From contig JBFRWD010000078.1 in the NCBI GenBank assembly GCA_051439425.1, forward strand, positions 32,001-96,000: 64,000 nt of DNA, written 5' to 3'. The stretch's first letter is position 1. Each line of letters opens with the position of its first letter. This DNA comes from Synechococcus sp. Lineage in GTDB: Bacteria; Cyanobacteriota; Cyanobacteriia; Thermostichales; PCC-7336. The notes under the pieces are model-generated. The model worked only from the letters and a program-made list of their open reading frames with translations. It did not search any database and was not told where the DNA came from. Of the stretch, positions 1 to 10,264 are shown piece after piece. A program made the position numbers and the translations under genes.

Positions 1-625
1 GGTGGTTGAGATAGTCAGGCATCAAGTTCTGGGGCAACACCTCCACTGGGCTGATGCGCACGGGGGTTTGACCCAATCGACTCTCGATATCTTGAGTGGC
101 TTCGTAAAAAAATGGGCCGCCGTAGGCTCCTTTAAACTTGATACCGTTGTATTGGGGGGGGTTGTGGCTGGCCGTAATTGCGATTCCGGCAGATAGGTGA
201 CGGGCCTTGACCGTATAGGAGACGACGGGAGTGGGGGTGACGCGATCGGCCAGGATGACGTCAATGTCGTTGCCCACTAGCACTCGGGAAAATAGGTGGG
301 CAAATTCGCGCGATCGCCGTCGCCCATCGAAGGCGACAGCAACAGCAGGGCGCTTGGGTTGAATGGACTCGACTGGCAAGTAGCCGGCATGCAGCGAGTC
401 GGCAAAGGCTTGCGCGACAGTTTCCACCATGCTGCTATTCATCTGCAGATCGAGCAGGCCGCGCCACCCATCGGGGGCGAACTCGATGGGAATGGAAGTC
501 TCCATTTCAGCTCGCCCAGCTCGCCATTCTCCACCCTGCCAATTGCCATCATGCCGATCGCCATCATGATGACGATCGGTACGAAAACTCGTAGAAGCCG
601 AATCAGCAACGAAATATGTTGTCAT
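1..625 (-). CDS. Phosphoglucomutase/phosphomannomutase family protein, 3' end runs off the window (absent from ORF track)
   Basis: Manual minus-strand translation from ATG 625 (alt. ATG 505): ...[10 protein letters not shown]...VAFDGRRRS...TPTPVVSY...[18 protein letters not shown]. It contains the phosphoserine TASHNP motif and is open to position 1. Confidence 0.92.
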   Translation of the reverse strand, partial: MTTYFVADSASTSFRTDRHHDGDRHDGNWQGGEWRAGRAEMETSIPIEFAPDGWRGLLDLQMNSSMVETVAQAFADSLHAGYLPVESIQPKRPAVAVAFDGRRRSREFAHLFSRVLVGNDIDVILADRVTPTPVVSYTVKARHLSAGIAITASHNPPQYNGIKFKGAYGGPFFYEATQDIESRLGQTPVRISPVEVLPQNLMPDYLNH

Positions 626-803
626 ACAGTTGGCGATCGCCAAGCGATCGGCCCTCAACTCACCACTGCGAATAGTAACGGCTTTTGCCGGAGCAGGACA
701 GGCTCCCACGAGTTGTCCCCCTCAATGGATACTGGCGGCCGGGCTCTAGAGCTGAATGCCACAATGGCACCGCATATCAACCCTCACCGACTCGGCTCAC
801 CTG

Positions 804-3800
804 TCAAAAATCCGTACTGAACTCGAACGAGGCCTGATCGTCCCCCTCAAAATCCGTTCCCGTGCGAATCAACACATTTTCACCCAAACGGAATCGAGTG
901 TTGACCCGCGGGTTAACGTCCGGATCGTTCAGGCTTTGCTGGACGGAGACCGAGACCCCAGCCCCCAGATCTTTCGCCGCTTCCAACCCCACCTCCAAAC
1001 TGCCGGATTCCCCCGTAAACGGAGCAATCCGCAATTCATCCAATCCAATTGCATTGCCCAGCGCATTCTGAGCCCCAAACAGGACGGTAGACAACGCCAG
1101 CCCGGCCAGATTGCCGGACCCAACACCACCCAGTGCTGCTCCCCCCAACAGGGCCAGGATTTGATCGGGAGAGCGGGCAGGACGACTGCTGAGATCGACT
1201 GAATTGCTATCTCGACCGCTAGTTAATTCGCTCGCTCGCCCCTGAACAGTGGCAATGACTTGAATGGTTTGTTGCTGCGCTAGGTTAACGTCCGCGCCTC
1301 TATCCGAGGAGGTAAAGGTGTCATTGGTCACCGTCCCACCCCCTAACTGCTCAGTGACCTCGGTAAAGGCCGCAACATCCAGTAGCGGGTCGAGCCCCCC
1401 CCGGTCATCAAAGACTGCGGTGTTATCCCGACCGCGATCGACGCGTAGATTAGCGACGCCCAAATTGATATTGCCGCGGGCGATTCGAATCGTCCCCAGT
1501 GGCCTTAGTTGTGATGGGGTTCCATTGAGGATCAACGTTCCTTTTGTTGTGAATGCAAACAACGGTTGGCGCACTACCTGGACGTTGTTTCCTAAAGTGA
1601 GTTCTAGCTGATTGAAGCGCGGTTGCCACTGGCTAGTCGTTCCCGCACCGTTGGAGGCGTTGGGAATGGAAATAATGCCATCCGTCAGACGAACTCCTCC
1701 ACTCAATTCCGGCGCCAGGACCGTTCCAGCAACCCTCACGTCTCCATCCACTTCCCCGCGATACAAGTCGGGCAGCTCCATTTTCAGGTCGTCGAGCTGA
1801 ACCGCCAACAAGCGATCGTCCGATTGCAATTGGCCCTCGGGGTTCACCGCCAGCAGGCCTGCGGCTTCAATCGTGCCTTCTCCAAACGTGCCGCTGAAGG
1901 ACTGCACGTTGATGCGGTTGAAATCAAAATCAATCGAGGCATCGAGCTGCTGCAAGGGATCGGGCAGGGCACTGAGTTTAACAACTCCATCGGACACAGT
2001 CAGCCCGCCATCTAGCGTTGGATTCCGCAGCGTGCCGCCAATGATGATATCCAGAAACCCTTCTCCAGAGTCCCAAGCGATCGCATCCGTAAACAGATTG
2101 AGCAGGGCCAACTGTTCGTTGCGTGCGGTCAGCTCTAGGGCAATAGCATCGGAGGCCGGGACAGCGGTAGAGAACGGCAGCGCCAGCGGTAGCTTGCCCG
2201 ATACCACCACCGGATTGGGAGAGCCACTACGCAGGCTACCATCCAGCAATAGCGTGGCTCGATGGTAATCAAACAATCCATTGGCAGCATCGAGCTGATT
2301 GCCATTAATCGCCAATGCCTCCACATCAAACTGACCGCTGGCTCTCGGATTTTGGAGGGTGCCGCCGATGTCGGCGGTTGTATTCAGATCTCCTGTCACT
2401 CGAGGGGCATCAGGGAAAAAGTCACTCACCAACTCGAGTGGGAATCGCCTCAGTTGCAGCGTGCCAGCTCGATCTTCATTGCCAAACGTCCCACTGAGCG
2501 TGCCTTGGCGATCGCCACTTTGAGCCTCTAACACCTCGACATTCAAAACAGCCTCGCGGTACTGGCCCCTGCTAGTAAGGCGATCGAGGGTGTAGCGTTG
2601 AGTGGGATTGTCAGGATTGGTCAGGGCCCAGTTACGACCCGTTATATCGAAGGTAATCGTCGGGGCGGTGATGGCACCCAGCACATGCAGATCACCGTTA
2701 AATTCACCCGTCAAATTGGAGAGTGCCGGGATACGGGAATCTACCTGCCGATCCAGCAATTCAGTCTGCTGAGCAATAACCGAGGAGTAAGCTTCCAGGC
2801 GTTCGAATAGTGACCGGGGCAACACATCCAGCGCCGTTACTTCTAGTTCGGAAGCAGGGCCAAATTGTGGGTTGGGCAACCCGGCAGCCACATCGTTCCA
2901 GTCTCGCCAGCGTATAGCCCGCAGCAAGCCTTCCAGGGAACCTTTCTCGGTCGACACTCGCATATCTAAGCGCAGCGGATCGCCCGAAACTTCCTGACTG
3001 CGGCCGGCCCGAATCTGGCGTTGGGCACCAGTGGGCAACCACACCGAGCCATTGGCGCGGTACAAGCTATCTTGCAGTTGCAATTCCCCCTCGGAGATAG
3101 ACAGCCGCCCCGCCCCATAAGCAAATGACCCCTGCAGGCGATCGGCCTGAATGCCTTGCCAACTGGGGGAATAGGTCGTCGCACTCCCCACAGCCGTAAC
3201 ATCCGCCAAGTTCAGCGCCAACTCGCTGTCGATGGTACCGTTCCATACCCCCGGCACGATGCCGTTCAGCAGTGCCAGCGGAAACTTGGCGAGTTGAATG
3301 TCAAAAAGATCGCCCTCTCGCTGGCCGGTGGCCGAGGTCTCCCCCTGCTGCAACACAAAAGATTGGGGAGCCAACGCGCGATCGAGCGAAACGGCCAAGC
3401 GATCGCCTCCAGGACCAGCCACACTTTGAAGGTCGATATCGACACCATTGCTATGGGGCTGCCATTGCAACGGCCCCTGTAACGGCGCAAAATCTAAGCC
3501 AGCTGCCCGCAAATTCTTCAATCCCAACTGGCCGGTCAGCGCTAGCGAGTCCGGCCGGCCGCTCAGTTGACCGTCCAAATTCATCCATCCACCGATCGGA
3601 AACCCGGTTGGCAATTGCGGCAGGCTCTCCAGCGGCAAATCACGGGCATTCAAGCTCAGGGCTAAGGTGCCAACCTGTTGGGTTTCAGCATCGTAGGGAA
3701 TGCGGCCCTCCACAGCGACAGTGTTTAGGACGAATCCGTCAGTGATGGTCAGCCCCGTACCGTCCCACCCCACTTGAGCGGTAATGGGGCCAGGAAGGCG

Positions 3801-5750
3801 ATCGATCCCGTCCGGTAAGTCCACTTGTCCGCTGGCCTCCAGACCCGCCAAGCTGATATCGCGGGTGGTGCCGTCAACCTGAATGTCCCCATTCAGCCGC
3901 CCGGCCATATCTGGAACGAATAATCCCAGCGGTACCGACTGAGGTATTGCTCTCGCACTGAAGGCCCGCCCTCCATCGGCAGCCGCAGGGGTGAGGACGG
4001 CGGAAAAAGCAGCGGTGCCGTCTCCTAGGGCCAGTTCGGCCTGCGTAATTGTCGCGGTATCATCCTGCCAGTCAAACGTTCCGCGACCAGCAATATCCCC
4101 TCCCGACGCTTGCCAGTTAGCGGTGATGACGGGGCGGCTGCCGGTAATCACTGCCGTTCCTTGCGCGTCAATCGCCCCCAGAGATCGCGGCAACGGATCG
4201 AACTGATAGGCTGCAATAATTCCATTGGCATCCGCATCGCTGACCGCAAATTGAAAATCGGCCCGCACCGGGGATTGATCGACGTTCAAGCGCCCGCTCC
4301 CGGTCAATCGAGCGTCGCCATTCGTGAGTCGACCCGTCAAGTTGGTCAGACTAACTTGTCCTCCCTGCAAGGCAAAGTTGCCGGAGTAAGTGCCAATTTC
4401 CAGTTCACTGACCGTTGCGGGAGCTACTTCGCTAAAACTCCCCTGCAGCAGAGGATTGGTGACAATACCTGTAAGCGTGGCCGAGCCCTGCGCCACACCA
4501 GTCACGGGGACGGGAAAGTCTAGTCCAAACGTGTCTTGCAGTTGGGCCAATGTCAGCTCGGAATTGCTGCCAGCAAGGTTGAAACGAGCGCGGGTGAAGG
4601 GGGTCCAATCCTGCAAGTAAATCGGGTCGGCCCACTCTACGGTGCCGCTGGCGATAAGTGGAATGCTCCCGAAGCGCCCGCCAACGTCATCCAAGGTAGC
4701 GATACCGGGGGCCAGCTCGATGCGGCCGATAAACTCCTCAAACAATTGCGCCTCTGGGGAGATCGAAAACGACACTTCATCCGCGATCGCCTCCCCTTCA
4801 AACTCTAGAGGCTGGCTCGCCTGCCAGGTGGCTTGCACGTTGATATCGGCAGTACCGGCCCGAGCCTGAAAAATCGACGTAATGGGAAGCAAATTGAGCA
4901 GGGTAGCAGGCGCATTTTCAGTTTGGATGTCCAGCTCCACTCGCGGCTCGCGGCCTGCACTGTCCGGATCTTCACCGTCCAAAGGAAAACTCGCTGTCCC
5001 GCGAACCTCAATCCGTCCCCCATCGCTGTAGGCCTGCGTTGTCCACGTCGCCTCGCCATCTTCCAATGGAACCCACACCCGCCCCTGCCAGCGCTCAATA
5101 TGCGCCGCTTCGCCGCCTGCGGGAATCAGCTGTAATTGACCGTTAGCAATTTCCAGGGCAATCTCCGACACTGGCAATCCGCCGTCGCCTGTGTCATTCA
5201 AGCGGAGGGCAAGCCCCTCCCAGCTCCCATCGTTCCCCCAGCCCCCATCATCTGTTTGAGCAACCGTCACATCCGGTTGATTGAGGCGGAGAGCGATCGC
5301 CAGTTCTCGTCGCCACAATAGCGTCCACACATTTGCTCGAACATCGATACTGCGGACAGTGGCCAACTCTTCAATTTCGCTGGCACCAATCGTGACTTTC
5401 CAAGGCCAGACAAATCGCACGTCCCCCAGAACGACATCCCGCTGCAGGGCATCCTCCATGGCGGTTTCCACCTGCGGTAACAGCTGGCGCTGCACGTAGG
5501 CTCGTCCCCCCAGCCCCACCGAAACCAGCCCGACCCCCAACACCACCGTTACACCGGCTCCGACCCGAGCCCCTGTCTTCAGCCGACGGGGCCATAGGTT
5601 ATCGGAAACGGAATCCGAATCTGAATCCGAATCGATGGAATCATGAGCCGACATATTTAGAGTGAATGAATCGGGTTGAGGGGAGGAAGATTGCTCTTCA
5701 TCAGGCCAATGATCTCGATCCGTTTGACCATCTTCCGGCACAGCAGTCAC
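804..5750 (-). CDS. tamB: Translocation/assembly module TamB (DUF490)-domain protein
   Basis: 1648 aa with an N-terminal TM anchor, long beta-rich AsmA-like repeats (GTLQNP, GTLRNP) and a DUF490-like C-terminus (DPLLDV...LGLDELRI...FEFSTDF). Confidence 0.85.
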   Translation of the reverse strand: MTAVPEDGQTDRDHWPDEEQSSSPQPDSFTLNMSAHDSIDSDSDSDSVSDNLWPRRLKTGARVGAGVTVVLGVGLVSVGLGGRAYVQRQLLPQVETAMEDALQRDVVLGDVRFVWPWKVTIGASEIEELATVRSIDVRANVWTLLWRRELAIALRLNQPDVTVAQTDDGGWGNDGSWEGLALRLNDTGDGGLPVSEIALEIANGQLQLIPAGGEAAHIERWQGRVWVPLEDGEATWTTQAYSDGGRIEVRGTASFPLDGEDPDSAGREPRVELDIQTENAPATLLNLLPITSIFQARAGTADINVQATWQASQPLEFEGEAIADEVSFSISPEAQLFEEFIGRIELAPGIATLDDVGGRFGSIPLIASGTVEWADPIYLQDWTPFTRARFNLAGSNSELTLAQLQDTFGLDFPVPVTGVAQGSATLTGIVTNPLLQGSFSEVAPATVSELEIGTYSGNFALQGGQVSLTNLTGRLTNGDARLTGSGRLNVDQSPVRADFQFAVSDADANGIIAAYQFDPLPRSLGAIDAQGTAVITGSRPVITANWQASGGDIAGRGTFDWQDDTATITQAELALGDGTAAFSAVLTPAAADGGRAFSARAIPQSVPLGLFVPDMAGRLNGDIQVDGTTRDISLAGLEASGQVDLPDGIDRLPGPITAQVGWDGTGLTITDGFVLNTVAVEGRIPYDAETQQVGTLALSLNARDLPLESLPQLPTGFPIGGWMNLDGQLSGRPDSLALTGQLGLKNLRAAGLDFAPLQGPLQWQPHSNGVDIDLQSVAGPGGDRLAVSLDRALAPQSFVLQQGETSATGQREGDLFDIQLAKFPLALLNGIVPGVWNGTIDSELALNLADVTAVGSATTYSPSWQGIQADRLQGSFAYGAGRLSISEGELQLQDSLYRANGSVWLPTGAQRQIRAGRSQEVSGDPLRLDMRVSTEKGSLEGLLRAIRWRDWNDVAAGLPNPQFGPASELEVTALDVLPRSLFERLEAYSSVIAQQTELLDRQVDSRIPALSNLTGEFNGDLHVLGAITAPTITFDITGRNWALTNPDNPTQRYTLDRLTSRGQYREAVLNVEVLEAQSGDRQGTLSGTFGNEDRAGTLQLRRFPLELVSDFFPDAPRVTGDLNTTADIGGTLQNPRASGQFDVEALAINGNQLDAANGLFDYHRATLLLDGSLRSGSPNPVVVSGKLPLALPFSTAVPASDAIALELTARNEQLALLNLFTDAIAWDSGEGFLDIIIGGTLRNPTLDGGLTVSDGVVKLSALPDPLQQLDASIDFDFNRINVQSFSGTFGEGTIEAAGLLAVNPEGQLQSDDRLLAVQLDDLKMELPDLYRGEVDGDVRVAGTVLAPELSGGVRLTDGIISIPNASNGAGTTSQWQPRFNQLELTLGNNVQVVRQPLFAFTTKGTLILNGTPSQLRPLGTIRIARGNINLGVANLRVDRGRDNTAVFDDRGGLDPLLDVAAFTEVTEQLGGGTVTNDTFTSSDRGADVNLAQQQTIQVIATVQGRASELTSGRDSNSVDLSSRPARSPDQILALLGGAALGGVGSGNLAGLALSTVLFGAQNALGNAIGLDELRIAPFTGESGSLEVGLEAAKDLGAGVSVSVQQSLNDPDVNPRVNTRFRLGENVLIRTGTDFEGDDQASFEFSTDF

Positions 5751-6212
5751 CTATGTAGCAGATGATTGTCCAACACCTGTAGCGTTCGTACGGTTTTTAA
5801 CATCAAAAACAACGCTACTGACACTTAATCCTATCCAAAGGTGGTTAGTAAGAATACGCCTTTATTCGCAGAACTGTATCGGCAAAATAAAGCGGAAATG
5901 GAAAGAGTGATGGGTAGGAATAATTTTCGGCGGAAGCAATCCAGATATTGGCAGGTTCGAGGGACACTCTGGCGTGAGACAACCGCAGTTTTTTGGGATT
6001 GAAGCCGCAAGAGTTCTGGCTCCACAGGCACAATCTCAACAAAGGGCTGTCAGTTTTTGCGGCGATCTTGGGTAGCAGATGGCGTGGGGAGATAGCCCTT
6101 CACCGACATCTCACAAAACAGGGCAAGCAGCTAAGCTTAGCAATCCGTACTTTCGCGGGAGTTCGCTCTAAGGTTATGCTCTTGGGTATGAATATCGGGA
6201 TTTCTTCGCACA

Positions 6213-6812
6213 GTGCGTCACACGTTTAATGCCCGCCAAGCAACTACCCTGTCCATTGCGGGTTCGCTGGAGCAGGTGGAACTGTTTCTCCGCGATCCTC
6301 GCCATCTAGTAGAAGCGCTGTTGGATGCCGATCGCGTTCGTCAATTAGAGGCGGGCCGGTTTGCAGTGCGGATGTCGCCAATTCAGGCACTGAGCGTACA
6401 GATAACTCCCGAGGTGGAATTGGAGATATTCACAGATCGTCAGTCTCGCGTGTTGCTAAAAGCGGTTGGCTGCCGCATTCACGGCAACGACTGGATCGAT
6501 CGCAACTTCGATCTGTCGTTCGAGGGCTGTCTGTTCCCACGGGGCTTGGAGTCATCGGAGGGGGTCGAGCTGGTAGGAGATGCCAATTTAGACGTCAGCA
6601 TTGGAATGCCTCCCCTACTACAGTTCACTCCCAAATCCATCGTGGAAGGGATTGGCAACACGATCACGAAAGGGGTGTTAACGGCGATCGAGCGATCGAT
6701 GCGGCGTCAGGTACCGGCCCGTTTCCAGCAGTGGCAGCAAGCGCAGTATTTGTTGGTAGAGATACCCGAGATTTCTTCTGAAAGACAAGCTATGCGCCAG
6801 CAACCCATTTAA
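6213..6812 (+). CDS. DUF1997 family (START-like) protein
   Basis: 199 aa resembling the cyanobacterial DUF1997 pattern (FLRDPRHLV..., GDANLDVSIGMPPLLQFTPKSIVEGIGN). Confidence 0.7.
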   Translation: MRHTFNARQATTLSIAGSLEQVELFLRDPRHLVEALLDADRVRQLEAGRFAVRMSPIQALSVQITPEVELEIFTDRQSRVLLKAVGCRIHGNDWIDRNFDLSFEGCLFPRGLESSEGVELVGDANLDVSIGMPPLLQFTPKSIVEGIGNTITKGVLTAIERSMRRQVPARFQQWQQAQYLLVEIPEISSERQAMRQQPI

Positions 6813-6876
6813 AAAATTGAGCAAACCGTCGTGTTGTATTCGTTGGGGGCAGAGCTGGAACGACAGTAACGAGGTG

Positions 6877-7209
6877 CTAGGTGGCTTGGTTGAGGGCATA
6901 CACAAATGCTTCGACCTGTTCAGCACCTTCAACCTGAACTGAAACTCTTACACGCCTGTAGCCGTCACCTTCGAATTCATCAAGCATTGCCCAATGCTCT
7001 GATAGATGATTTGAAGAGAAAACATGGCCCTCAACGGCCTCTCCTTCCTCTGAAGGCACAATCCCCGGACAGCCCAATTCAGAGCCCCATCCTTCCTCTA
7101 ACAAGTTCCCGTTTAAGGTTGCAGCTTGCCAAGCTCCGGGAATAGCTTCTAAAAGTCTATGGTTTGCTCTTCCTGGAGCCAATGTTCCATAAACAAACAG
7201 CCTATCCAT
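6877..7209 (-). CDS. Gamma-glutamylcyclotransferase (AIG2-like) family protein
   Basis: LFVYGTL at the N-terminus and LDEFEG..Y.R motif. Confidence 0.9.
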   Translation of the reverse strand: MDRLFVYGTLAPGRANHRLLEAIPGAWQAATLNGNLLEEGWGSELGCPGIVPSEEGEAVEGHVFSSNHLSEHWAMLDEFEGDGYRRVRVSVQVEGAEQVEAFVYALNQAT

Positions 7210-7371
7210 CTTTATTACCCCTTAGATGGGGCGTCATACCCCAAACTCACCAATCAGGTTAGGAAACTCTCCGTAGCTGTTTGCAGGAAGCAATAGCCAT
7301 CTTTTCTCTAGCTCCAGTCACTTGAAGGGCATCCAGTTTTTGCTTGCTACTAGCAAATAGTGAAGCTCAAA

Positions 7372-7830
7372 CTAGATGCAAAGACCTCGGGGAGCAAGCG
7401 AGACATTTCCAGTCGAGAGGCGTTGTGCACTTGCCGCGTAAAAGTCCGTGATGACTTCCGGAACCCGCCGATAAATGCGCCCGCTACGGTTGACTGGGGC
7501 CAGCGTGACGGTTGCTGCGAAGAACAAGATTTCAAAGTCAGGCGATCGCAGCTCGTATTCCCAAGGAAGCCGAATCCCTCTGGGGAGCAAGGGCGACAGC
7601 AACACCACCGCATCCATCCCCATTTTGAGGGGCCGACGATAGGTCAGTGTCATATCCGCCACGACTAAATTGACATCCGCCTCCACCAACTGTTCGAACG
7701 GCAACCCCATCTGCCGCAAAACCTCCACCCGCGCTTCTTCCAACCAGGCAACATAAGCCCCGTGCCAGACAATGCCACCGTAATCGGTGTGATGGGGATA
7801 AACGCGAATAGGATATTCAAACTGAGACAT
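7372..7830 (-). CDS. Acyl-CoA thioesterase (hotdog fold, 4HBT/YbgC family)
   Basis: RVYPHHTDYGGIVWHGAYVAWLEEAR motif. ATG at 7830 preferred over TTG 7839. Confidence 0.88.
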   Translation of the reverse strand: MSQFEYPIRVYPHHTDYGGIVWHGAYVAWLEEARVEVLRQMGLPFEQLVEADVNLVVADMTLTYRRPLKMGMDAVVLLSPLLPRGIRLPWEYELRSPDFEILFFAATVTLAPVNRSGRIYRRVPEVITDFYAASAQRLSTGNVSLAPRGLCI

Positions 7831-7831
7831 A

Positions 7832-7936
7832 CATAGCAATCCGCTGCAAGGCCTGGAGGGTTGAGACCGCGAAAATACTTGATTTTCAGGGAAAAATTGT
7901 CAGGACAGTCTCCATCGCGGATTGCCGATCACTATA
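7832..7936. mobile_element. 105-bp MITE-like dispersed repeat, copy 1
   Basis: Ungapped alignment to 33439-33543 and 51258-51362. Inverted repeats GCAATCCGC/GCGGATTGC near the ends. Confidence 0.8.
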
Positions 7937-8077
7937 GCGTTTGCCATTTCAGTTAGGACAAAGGTTTCCAATCGCAGTCAGGGTTGAACGTAGCTGAATG
8001 GCCATTGCCATATCAAGCTCAGGCAGCTTGTCCAGAACTGGCTCGAACAGACAGATGCCAGAGTGACAAGCTCTTCA

Positions 8078-8725
8078 CTACCCTCCTGGAAGCTGAGCTC
8101 CCGGACATCCAGCATCCCGCCACTGCTGAATCGCTTGCCAGAGAGCCCCTTCCGTAATGTCAGTGGGTTCCAAACTGTCAGACTTCGCAATCTCCAAAGA
8201 CTGTGGAAACCAGATGCCACTGTGGTGGCGAGTGAGCAGCAAGCGATAGGCCCTTTCGCTGCGCGACCCAGAACTCCCCTGGGAGCGTTCTGCCGTCGAG
8301 AAAAACACGCGAGCAACCTCTTCCCTCGGAAGATTCTGTTCGGGAGCGATAGAGATGTCAGAGACCCTCGCAATATCTGCCGGAAAATCAATATCGGGAA
8401 AACCTGCTGCCAAAATACGAGTTTCAGCCCCCGCTCGGACTAACTGACGGTTGGCATACGCTGGTAAGTCTTCTAGCAGGGCCGTTGCCCAACGTTCGAT
8501 ATCGACAGCACATCGCGGCCCCGTACCAGAAGCCTCCTCCGAACGATCGCCCTCAGCTAACACATGTGTTGTTGTCGTCAATGCGAGCGCCAGTCCAATA
8601 GCCACACATCCGAACAATCGGGACAACCCATCCACGTTCGGCAGGTCTCTCATCACCAGCAGCGATCGCATCCAACCGGTTAGATTAGCCATTTGCCCTA
8701 TCCAACTCAGCACAAATGTGGGCAA
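8078..8725 (-). CDS. Conserved cyanobacterial hypothetical exported protein (start uncertain)
   Basis: Signal-peptide-like segment, LLEDLPAYANR motif and C-terminal AIQQWRDAGC. Lies directly downstream of pyrF. Confidence 0.6.
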   Translation of the reverse strand: MPTFVLSWIGQMANLTGWMRSLLVMRDLPNVDGLSRLFGCVAIGLALALTTTTHVLAEGDRSEEASGTGPRCAVDIERWATALLEDLPAYANRQLVRAGAETRILAAGFPDIDFPADIARVSDISIAPEQNLPREEVARVFFSTAERSQGSSGSRSERAYRLLLTRHHSGIWFPQSLEIAKSDSLEPTDITEGALWQAIQQWRDAGCPGAQLPGG

Positions 8726-9407
8726 ATGCCTCCGCCGGATTGTTCACCGCTGTAATCGGCCGCCCGATCACTAGATGGCTGGAACCAGAAGCGATCGCCT
8801 CTATCGGGGTCAACGTCCGCTGCTGATCCCCTTTGGCTGCACCTGTCGGTCGAATACCCGGTGTCACGAGCAAACACTCCGGGCCACAAACCCGCCGAAG
8901 CTCTGCTACCTCTTGAGGGGAACACACCATCCCTGCTAAGCCAGCGCTGCGGGCAGTCAATGCTAATTGCAGCACGTAGTCCGGCAGCTCCAGCGGTACG
9001 TGGAGCTGTGTAGCCAACTGCCGGCTGCTAATGCTGGTCAACAATGTAATCGCCAATAGCTGACAGGAGCTCCCCTCAGCCCCCTCGAAAGCTGCCTCCA
9101 ACATCGCCTGTCCTCCCTGGGCGTGAACCGTCAGCAAATCCGCACCGTGTCCTACCGCCGATCTCGTCGCCCCCCTCACTGTATTTGGGATGTCATGCAG
9201 CTTCAGATCCAGAAAAACATTCCTGTCTCGCTCTTTAAGCCGGGAGATCGCCTCACCGCCCGCAGCCACAAACAGCTCTAACCCCACCTTCCACCAACGG
9301 ACATCGGGCAACCGATCGACCAGCGCCATAGCAGAGTCAAGATCGGGGCGATCGAGGGCAACAATAACGCGATCGACAGCGGCCAGAGCAGAGGAGGGAA
9401 TCGGCAT
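8685..9407 (-). CDS. pyrF: Orotidine-5'-phosphate decarboxylase
   Basis: VIVALD, KVGLELF, FLDLKLHDIPNTV, VTPGIRP and LVIGRPIT motifs. Confidence 0.97.
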   Translation of the reverse strand: MPIPSSALAAVDRVIVALDRPDLDSAMALVDRLPDVRWWKVGLELFVAAGGEAISRLKERDRNVFLDLKLHDIPNTVRGATRSAVGHGADLLTVHAQGGQAMLEAAFEGAEGSSCQLLAITLLTSISSRQLATQLHVPLELPDYVLQLALTARSAGLAGMVCSPQEVAELRRVCGPECLLVTPGIRPTGAAKGDQQRTLTPIEAIASGSSHLVIGRPITAVNNPAEAFAHICAELDRANG

Positions 9408-10264
9408 AAATCCTTTGGGGATAATTGATTAGCGATCTTGAGAAAACGGAAAGATATGTTTAAGACAGCAAGCAGCGACACATCGTGACTGGGAACAAAC
9501 CGGCATGCAATCGGCACCGGAAAGAAGAGCGTTCTCAAGAGCAAAGGGTAGCGATTTAGCCACATCGCCCCCGAAAAGGAAGTAGCAATCTGACAGTCAC
9601 CTGTGTATCTTTTCCCTCCATCGCACAAGCTACGATACAAGCAATGAAAACTTCGGGACAGAAGCGCAACATGGTCGCATGCTCAACACGCAGACGCTAG
9701 ATATTGCAACGAGAGTCAGTCTCCTATTGTGACCGCAGCACTGACGGAAGAACAGGGCTGCGCCGCATCTCAACCCTGTCAGAACAAAGAGATGCAAAGC
9801 AGGTAATGGCACAAGTGCGCTCGGAACCGTCTGTGTTTGAACCCAGTAACCGTTCAAAATGCGACTCCACACGTAACCCAGACGTATCATCTGCAAGGGG
9901 CAAGGACGCGAAAGGGTCTGTACTATACTGCAGTGACTTCAGAGGGATTTTCGGTCATGGTTGCTGTGCATGCCGAATCCCTGAAGTGTGGATAGAGTAA
10001 TACCAAATTGGAACATCCAACTCGATCTCTCGTCGGTTTGCTGGGTATGTTTACATCCCAAATCTGCACGTCGAGCTTAGCTAGATCTCTTGCAATTCGA
10101 TCGCAATTTCGAACGATAGGATAGCTCACCCGTTCCAATTGAGCGCGCTATTCTTGAGCAACCTCTCTCATCCGTGGCGCTACCATCAAGCCCCGTCCGC
10201 TACTGTTACTGTCCGTCCGCTGTCAGGTTTCATCCCTAACCTTCACTCGGTAGTTCGTTAGTTT

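Noticed and set aside
296..820. 174-aa plus-strand ORF and 2..196 ORF
   Set aside because: Antisense shadows of the minus-strand phosphomannomutase.
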